Part shown: piece after piece, positions 53,132 through 64,000 of the stretch | Layout of the letters: each line of letters starts with the position of its first letter | How positions within the stretch are numbered: the first letter of the stretch is position 1 | Assembly (NCBI GenBank): GCA_009914755.4 | Contig: CP068257.2 | Span: 39,680,001-39,744,000 of the forward strand | DNA from: the human T2T-CHM13v2.0 reference genome, Homo sapiens | Length of the DNA: 64,000 bases | Direction: 5' to 3' | Program-made: the position numbers and the translations under genes | The notes under the pieces: model-generated | Seen by the model: only the letters and a program-made list of their open reading frames with translations | Databases searched by the model: none | What the model was told of the DNA's origin: nothing

Positions 53132-53750
53132 TGTAAGTTACTAAACATTTTCTTTAAACTTCTCTAAAAGCTCTCTGGTCAGATTTTCAAAGGTACCTTG
53201 GGTTTTCGAGACTTTTGCGCGTGATTTAGTCTAGGTTTGTATTTTAATGCATTTTAAGATTATATACTCAATTATTTTTACAAGTCTCACTTCACAGATT
53301 ATTTGTGGTTCTAACAACAAATAAACAACTGAAAACCAAATATAGACTTTATTTTAAAAAAAGAAAAAAACAGAGGGATAGGCCAAAGTTAGGGTTAACA
53401 CCAGAAGGGCCGCCAAGGGGGTGCAGCCTGTGGTCCTGGACTGAGCCTCTCATTTGCTCCCAGAGTCCCAGTGTCTGCTCAGGGGCTGACACCATAGACC
53501 ATCTCATCCTTCTGTGTGATAAAAGCCACTGCAACCTCGTGGGAAACAAAACTTGGCCTTTCTCTTAGGTCTGGAATAAAGCTCTCTCACAGTTGCCTTT
53601 GAGGGGCCCAGAGGAGAAGGAAAGGGTTTCCCACAACGTCCCTGTGAGTGAGTGGGCCGCATAGCCCCGAGACGTGAGGGCTGTGGAAGTGAAGATAAAA
53701 TGCTCCCAATCTGACAGCCCTGAAGGAGGCTGTAAAGTAGGAAGTGGGCA

Positions 53751-54026
53751 GGCTGAGGGGGCTCTGGTGTTTCTGTGGGATGAGGCGGGTGGGCCTGGCT
53801 GAGGGGGCTCTGGTGTTTCTGTGGGAAGAGGCGGGTGGGCCTGGCTGAGGGGGCTCTGGTGTTTCTGTGGGATGAGGCGGGTGGGCCTGGCTGAGGGGGC
53901 TCTGGTGTTTCTGTGGGATGAGGCGGGTGGGCCTGGCTGAGGGGGCTCTGGTGTTTCTGTGGGATGAGGCGGGTGGGCCTGAGTGAGGGGTCTCTGGTGT
54001 TTCTGTGAGATGAGTTGGGTGGGGGA
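53751..54026. repeat. 46-bp GC-rich minisatellite in FAM3B intron 4: five near-perfect units plus one degenerate unit
   Basis: Unit 'ggctgagggggctctggtgtttctgtgggatgaggcgggtgggcct'. Units start at 53751, 53797, 53843, 53889 and 53935. Unit 2 has one mismatch ('gggaagagg'). The sixth unit (53981-54026) is diverged. Confidence 0.92.
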
Positions 54027-54283
54027 GGTATTAGTGTTCCATCAGGTGTAACCCAAAGCAAACTGGAAGAAAGTTCTAGCACAGCTTCCAGCACTTTCCT
54101 TTGACCTGGTTTTGGGGACTCTCCTCAAGGGGCCCGCCCTGTCTCTGCAGGCTGGGTCATTACATCAGTGGTGTTTGCTGGAGATAGACAGGGAAGAAAT
54201 ATTTCCTTCCCCAGGCCCTGGTGCCACAAGTGCGCCCTAGTTCTGTGAACTTTCTTTTAAAATACCATTTCTTTTATTTTCAG

Positions 54284-54331
54284 ATGTAACTGGGAATGTG
54301 ACAGCAACACGATGTTTTGATATGTATGAAG
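54284..54331 (+). CDS. FAM3B: FAM3B coding exon 5 (YVTGNVTATRCFDMYE-)
   Basis: Acceptor 'cttttattttcag|atgtaactggg' and donor 'tatgaag|gtggtaag'. 48 nt. Confidence 0.9.
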
Positions 54332-55611
54332 GTGGTAAGAAAATTTTTTCTGTTAAAATTCAAATGAATTTTAAACAGAAAATTAAGATTAAAAAGCACA
54401 AAGAAAAATGTCAACCATTTTTATTTTGTCTACTAGAAAAACGCCAGCAGCTCTCCTGAGTAATCTAGAGTGGTCTTATGTAGATCCTCTTAAACTCTAA
54501 TTGAATTCATAGAACATTTGAAGGCATCATCTAGAAATGTCTTTTCTTCTGTTAGTTTTCCTCAGTCTTTCTCTTTTTAGCTCTCATGATATAATAAGAA
54601 AGAGAAAAAGCCTTTTTTTTTAAAAAAAAAAAAAAGCCAAATACATTATATGTAAAATAAAGCCACCAGCATCCAGCCCTAAATATCATCATCCTTTGAA
54701 AGCTGTCACGATTACTCCTGGTGACTCACAGTGCTCTGCTGGGCTCAGGGCAAGCATTCCCGGAACCCACGGGTGCCCAGTCTTTCTCGATGGTCTCTCC
54801 TTTCTAGGCACTGACTCTTGACTGCAGTTGTTGGCCAGGATATACTATCCCCTCTTATTTTTATATATCAATGAGACTTTCAAAAACAAGTTTTTATAAA
54901 GATAGTGAAGACGAAGAATAGAAAACGCCTGCACCCACCCAATAAGAAGGACACAGTTGTACTCTGCAGTTAACCTAAGCAGAACAGTAAATAATGAGCC
55001 GCAGCGGTGAGTAACAGGGTTTGAGGTTTACCTTTATTTTATAAGGCATAGATAAGTCTCTTGGCACAGACTTGCCCACGGTCCACATGTCTCGTATTTG
55101 AGTTCTGTGGGAGTCTCTCTCCTGCACACGTCGGTGTGTTTGCAAGGCCACTCTGCTCAGTGGTCGTGGTGTGGGTGTGGGTGTGGCCCTTTATCAGTGA
55201 CTACAGAGAACACTCCACCTGTGCCACACAGGCTGCTGCTTGTTAAGAGTTTGGTGATCTCATTTCTAAGGAGGGTTTTTTTTTTCTACCAGGGGCTCCA
55301 CTTCTCTTGTTTGTTGGTCAAAAAAGCTCCTTATCTTGACCCCCTTTCACTACTGCCCTGAACACCTATTGCAAGTGTTAGGTTCTTTTCCTTCTACGCT
55401 GTGCCACTCACCTCAGATAGTCCCTATGGTACCCCAGTGAATGTTCACACGTCCAGAGCTAGCACACCATCTGCAGGGTTGAGCAGCGAGCGCTGGGACC
55501 CCCAAGGATTCAGAATGGACACAGAATGCAGGTGCAGGAGGAAGCCCAGCACCCAAGGCAGAGCCTCAGTGAACAGCAAAGACCCTAAAACTGACTTGCA
55601 TCCCCCAATAG

Positions 55612-55699
55612 ATAACTCTGGACCGATGACAAAGTTTATTCAGAGTGCTGCTCCAAAATCCCTGCTCTTCATGGTGACCTATGACGACGGAAGCACAAG
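55612..55699 (+). CDS. FAM3B: FAM3B coding exon 6 ([30 protein letters not shown])
   Basis: Acceptor 'tcccccaatag|ataactctgg' and donor 'agcacaag|gtgagtggg'. 88 nt. Confidence 0.9.
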
Positions 55700-56072
55700 G
55701 TGAGTGGGTGTAGGTCTGTCACAGCGGTGGGCAAGAGAAGCCAGCTGGGGCAGAGGCTGCCAGGGTCTCTCAGTGACATCCTCTGGGGACAAGCAGAAAG
55801 TCCAGGAGCAAAGTACTTCTCTAAGGAAAAAGAATGAAAGATCATGACAAAATAGATGGCATTTCTTTAAAAAAAAATTAAATCACTAACCACAGAAGTA
55901 CTAGAACCTAAATCAAAGGAGTATTTCAAGGAATCAAGACAAAGCCACTGTTGACCATAATTAGGACAGACAAACTAACCTCCGGACAGAAAGCCTAAAC
56001 CCAGGGTGGCATTAATAGTTACAGCAATGTGAAAGGAAATTGAGATAATTTCCCTATAGAAAGAGGAAAAGA

Positions 56073-56413
<341 letters not shown>

Positions 56414-57190
56414 CTAGAAGTGGATGTAGCTCAGTGCCTCTCAGAGTGTGTCCTACTAAGTAAACCAAACCTGTGTCTTTGCTGCAGAATGTCTAAGAAC
56501 CTTCAAAGTGCTTATTTGTGTGGTGAATTTCCCAGACAGGGCTACTGACCACAGCATTTCCCAAATTTATCAGATTCCTTTTTTCATGGAGCATCTTACC
56601 AAACTGAAGTTCCTTGGCACATACTTTGAAAAATTCTGACTTAACTCACTTAGAACAATCTAAACTTAACTGTTTACTTTCCTGTCTACCCTCCTGTCAC
56701 TTCCTCTAAATCTTAATGTTTGCAGTGGCAGTATTGTTTTACATTTCTTTTTCCTTTTTGATGTGGACTTTTCTGATTATGAAAAGGGGGCAGTTTTGGC
56801 ATTTGCTTTCATCTTTCAGCAACTTCTCTCCACCTTATTTTGTGGTCACTAAACAAGGGGCAGAGCAATAGCCGAAAATTGTATTGGCTGAGTGTGAGCC
56901 TGAGATTGAACCCCAAAGCACAAGGGCTTTCCAGAATTGAGAAGTAGAATTCTGTGCCCCAAACTGGGGCCTAAAATGGCTCTGGATGTCCAATGGTTAA
57001 CTAGAAATGTGACATTCTCAAGAAGCATGTGTGCCTCTTAGCTGCCACTGTGTGTCATGCACTGCAGCAGGAGATGAATGTGTTTAGAAACCTCCATCCA
57101 AGGATGCACAGCGTAACACATCCAGAGCAGAGTTCCTCTCCTCTCCACGTCTCCCTGAGATGCTCACATGCTTTTCCCTTTGTCCTGCAG

Positions 57191-57323
57191 ACTGAATAAC
57201 GATGCCAAGAATGCCATAGAAGCACTTGGAAGTAAAGAAATCAGGAACATGAAATTCAGGTCTAGCTGGGTATTTATTGCAGCAAAAGGCTTGGAACTCC
57301 CTTCCGAAATTCAGAGAGAAAAG
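57191..57323 (+). CDS. FAM3B: FAM3B coding exon 7 ([45 protein letters not shown], ends in phase 0)
   Basis: Acceptor 'ttgtcctgcag|actgaataacg' and donor 'gagaaaag|gtgagtggt'. 133 nt. The final coding exon (recalled C-terminus [29 protein letters not shown]) was not found in 57324-64000. Confidence 0.9.
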
Positions 57324-60300
57324 GTGAGTGGTTTTAAAATGTCCCTTCCCACCAATGGTGAGTATAGTAAATGCTGTGCCTTGAAAACGTTCCTGGTGGG
57401 TTATAACTCCGTCTCCAAACATAAGAGTTGTGTCAGCTGTTTCCATGAGATCAGCATTAGATCCGGACAGAAGTTTCAAACTTCTCCAATCTCTTTCAAA
57501 GTAGAAAATTCTGAATGGGCTGTTGGTATTGGTTTTTCACCATGCTGCAGCCAACATGGTCTGTCCTGGGCCTCTCCTTCCTTGGGCAGGAGGTTTACCT
57601 CCCCAAGCTCCTGCTATGGGGAAAGTAAGAGAGCTCACCTCTTAGGATGGCTGAGAGCATGAACAGACATGGTGAATGCAAAACACTCAAAACAGGCTGG
57701 ACACCAAATCAACACTGCACAAATCTGGCTTCCATTGCTGCTGCTGCTGCTGTACTAACTGGGCACGTGATTGATTCTAAGTCCCTCCCTTTATGGCCTT
57801 TATTTATCAAAGAGAAGTAAAGAGCAAAAGAATGGCGTTCTCACTTATTAACCACTAAGTCTCCTGTGAAAATTCCAACTGAGGGTTTGCAAAATGTGTG
57901 GGAGTAACAAGCTGAGCATCCGATGACAATCACAACATCCTGGAGAATTTCAGAGGGTTCTGCTCTCCAGGAAAAGATGCTGCAGTAACCGGTGCTGCAG
58001 TAACCGGTGCAGAAGAGGAGGAAATTGTGCTGCATGACCAAGGCGCGAGACTTCCCCACTATACCTTCTGAGGATAAGGGCCTCCTTTCCACTTAGCCAG
58101 AAATTCCCAGAAAGCAGAGATTTCTACATCTCCAGGGTGTGCAATAGGCCGCTTCTGATTTCAGGCTCTGACATTTGGTCCCAGTCTGCCTCCTTGTGCT
58201 GTGGATACGGGTCTGGGAAGAAAGACAAGCAACAGAAGCAGCTCGGCATCTTCTTGTTGCCATGACCACCTGAGGTAGAGGAGAAGGGGGCTGGATAAGG
58301 TGCGACTTCAGCGCAGGCCACACAACCAGACAACTTGGAACTGGTTCCCAGGAAACCCTAGACCTTCTGTGACCCCCTCTAGTCTCATGTTCCGGAGGCC
58401 CGGAAACCATGGTTATTTTAGCATGCATCTACACAAGCATGCTTTCCCCTTGTGACTTCATGTTCCTCTAGAGCCAGGAAGCCAGCCCTGCAGAACGTGT
58501 AGGGAATGTTTCCCGGGGCCCTGGCCTCGACCCCTCCTTGCTTATGACTGTGCCTGGGCACTTGCATGCACAGTGAGCCCTCATGGGTCTGCCCTAACCG
58601 AGAGGCACTCCCTGAGCTCTGATTGGTGGGGCTCCTTGGGCCCCACCACTGCCTGGACCCACACTGAGGGCAAGCTGAACCAGCCACACAATAGTGAAGC
58701 CGGGGCTTACGGTCCTGTGTTAGTTTTGCGAGGGGACGTCGTGTGATCTTAAACAAGTCACGTCACCTCTCTGGGCTCCAGCTTTCCTGCCTCCTCCAGG
58801 GCCAGCAGCTGTGCTGCAGTGTGCACCCCATTCTCCCCGGGATTTCCTCAGGCTGACCCTGGGGAGCGAATACTGGGTCCCCATCTCTCCGATCCCTTGT
58901 GTGATCCATGCCACAGGCTGTCGTCTTGAGAATGTCCAGGCTTTATCCAGCTGGCTGTGTGGTCTTGGAAAGTTATCTAACCCTCTGTGCTCAGAATCAT
59001 CACCTGTGAGAGGTGAATAAAGATAGTTCCTGCCACAGAAGGGCTCCTGAACATGAAAGAAGAGAAACACATGGATCTCAGAGTGGAGTCCTGTAACCCA
59101 GAACAGCTGGGCCTTCCTGGAGCTCCCCGGGTCCTGCCCCACCAGCCCACCCCAAACCCAGATCCCTCCGCACAGCTTCTGCAATCAATGTCTCTCCCAA
59201 CTTGGGTCTCCCCAAAAACCAGTGATGTCCAGGCTGTGCGCAGGACAACTGAACCAGCTTCTCAGAGGGTGGGGCCTGGCCTGGAGATTCTGATGCACGG
59301 GGAAGGGAGCCTCCTTGCGTGGATCTCCAGGAGAAAATGGAGGCCCTGGTTTCACATACACACCCACACTTCCCCTTAACAGCGTCCTCCGACTTCTCTG
59401 CTCCTTCCCCGGCTCTTACCCTGTTTTCCTCCTCCTCTTTCCTTCCTTCCCAGTTCCACAGTCTCTTCAGCATCTCCAGGGGCCTTGTCCCACCTTATCT
59501 AACCACCCCAGCTTATTTAACTAGCAAGGGCGGCGGTGAGCAGGTACTCCTGGCAGCCCGGGCGTTGTGCCACACAGGGACCCCCCCATGCACACGAGCG
59601 TCTGTGGTTATTATTACTACCAATGGTGCGGTTCTCCAGCTGATTTATGAGAGTGTCCAGACTGTACCAGAAAGGCTGGCATGTGAGGCTGAAATCCTTT
59701 TTAACTCAAATGTTAACATCTCATCAAACAGGTTCTTCATTAATGTTTAAGTCGTAGAAAACAAAAACCTCATTGGAATTGCACAGAGGAAGTTGTAGTC
59801 CTTCCTTATGATTTCCTTCATATGAAAGAGTTTCTGGAGCAGGAGAAATCAAGAAAAAGACTGGACGTCAAAGCCAGGGCTGAGTTTAGAGAATTGGAAT
59901 GTGTTTGGAAATGGTGGCTCCAAGTGAATTTCAGGAAAATGCCTGTTTTGCCCACCTGTGTCAGCTAAAAGTTATCCAAGTTACTACAGGAGTATAAAGA
60001 CGAGACCTAAACACAGCAAGCAGTCAGTGCTGGAGAGTTACTAGAGGTTCTGTGGTTTGGGGGCGCTAAAGGATGTTTGCTCAAATGTTGGTGAGGTCTG
60101 GACTGGTAGCCAGGGCTTCAAGACAGGTCTTACCGAGACCTTGAGAGAAGTGCCACTGGAGGAATCATTTGTGTCTGTGTTACTTTGGCTATTCAGACTT
60201 GCAGGTGGTGTATTTCCCTAAGGGTGGTGTACCCATGTTGGGAGGGCCTCCTGAGTCCTCAGGGGTCTCCCCAGCCCCATGTTCACTCCCACTCCACCTG

Positions 60301-60439
60301 CTATTCCAGGAGTCAGCTTTCTAGGCACAGCGCCTGGGCCACTCTCATGCAGAGCCTTTAATGACCCCACTACCTGCTGAATTGAATTTTAAAGTATAAG
60401 GAACTTCAAAGATTATTCCATCCAACCTCTTGGTTTTAT

Positions 60440-60560
60440 AGGAGGAAGGAAACTGAGAAATAAATAAGGACAGGAGTCTTGGAAGTGAGGGTAACCTGGT
60501 TCAGATCTGGACTTGGCCACCCCGACTGCATGACCTGAGTTTGGCACTTCATAGGCCTGC
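60440..60560 (+). mobile_element. Possible MIR (SINE) relic
   Basis: '...tggttcagatctggacttggccaccccgactgcatgacctgagtttggcacttcat' resembles the MIR core 'gacctgggttcgaatcccggctctgccacttactagctgtgtgaccttgggcaagt'. Confidence 0.3.
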
Positions 60561-61011
60561 GCCTCTTCTGCACCCTGAACTGTGGGTAGCGGAGCCTGCC
60601 TTGCTCCCTGTGTGTGTGACAAGCATGATGCAGCAGGAGGAGCCATCATTCTCATCGCCTCCAGCATGGTCTGAGTCTTGTCTCTGGTGATCCTAACTGG
60701 AGCACAGACCCTTGTCTTCAGCCCCACTCAGCCCCTCCCATGCTTTGTGTGCTCAACACTCCAGCAAAGCCTCATGAGTGGCTGCTCTTACCATACCCTG
60801 CAGCGCTTTGCCACTATGCTGGCTCTGTTCAGGTCTCGTCTTTATATTCCTGCTGTAACTTTCCACATGTGGACCTCTGCACATGCCTCCCTCCATGCAG
60901 GGGGTGCCTTCACAAAGCCTTAAAGATCCACCTCAAGGCTGTTTCTTCTGAGAAGCCTCTCTGGCCCTGCCACTGCTGCCCGTAATGCCCATGGCATTTT
61001 GTACCTTCCCT

Positions 61012-61080
61012 GAGAAAGAAAGGGAAGGGAATGGAAGGAAGGAAAAAGGGAAGGGAGGGGAGGGGAGGGAAGGGAAGGTG
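61012..61080 (+). repeat. Purine-rich (GGAA/GGGA)n-like tract
   Basis: 'gaaagaaagggaagggaatggaaggaaggaaaaagggaagggaggggaggggagggaagggaagg'. Confidence 0.85.
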
Positions 61081-61111
61081 CATTATCACATTAGAAAGGA
61101 AGAAGTACTTA

Positions 61112-64000
<2,889 letters not shown>

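Noticed and set aside
53504-54094. 196-aa minus-strand ORF with repeated 'PHPTETPEPPQPGPPASSHRNTRAPSARPTRL' peptides
   Set aside because: A direct read-through of the 46-bp intronic tandem repeat. Its periodicity equals the DNA repeat, so it is not a repeat protein gene.
57966-58003. 16-bp tandem duplication 'gctgcagtaaccggt' x2
   Set aside because: A trivial local duplication in intron 7 with no evident functional motif.

Overview
This window is primate, almost certainly human, nuclear DNA. It contains no prokaryotic or phage-like system. Roughly half of it is interspersed repeats: Alu, L1 fragments in both orientations, MaLR/THE1/MLT1 LTRs, Tigger1 DNA transposons and an HERV9 LTR12. The one protein-coding gene I can support is FAM3B (PANDER, a FAM3 cytokine-like family member) on the + strand. 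Its start codon lies in a CpG island at about 25.2-26.0 kb. I mapped seven coding exons (25474-57323), each with canonical AG/GT splice sites and a consistent reading frame; they encode residues 1-205 of the roughly 235-aa protein as I recall it. I could not find the last coding exon between 57324 and 64000, so it is probably downstream of the window. Upstream of FAM3B the sequence is intergenic: an LTR12 solo LTR, L1 pile-ups, two Tigger1 copies and an orphan CpG island with an adjacent GC-rich minisatellite at about 12.2-12.9 kb. Other notable structure includes a perfectly homogeneous 47-bp x 12 tandem array (21794-22365), a 46-bp x 6 GC-rich array in FAM3B intron 4 (53751-54026), and a pair of about 92%-identical 160-bp direct repeats bracketing exon 3. 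Most long ORFs in the six-frame track are L1 ORF2 remnants, Tigger transposase remnants, or artefacts of GC-rich and tandem-repeat sequence. All repeat boundaries are approximate (about +/-10-20 bp) because no alignment tool was available.
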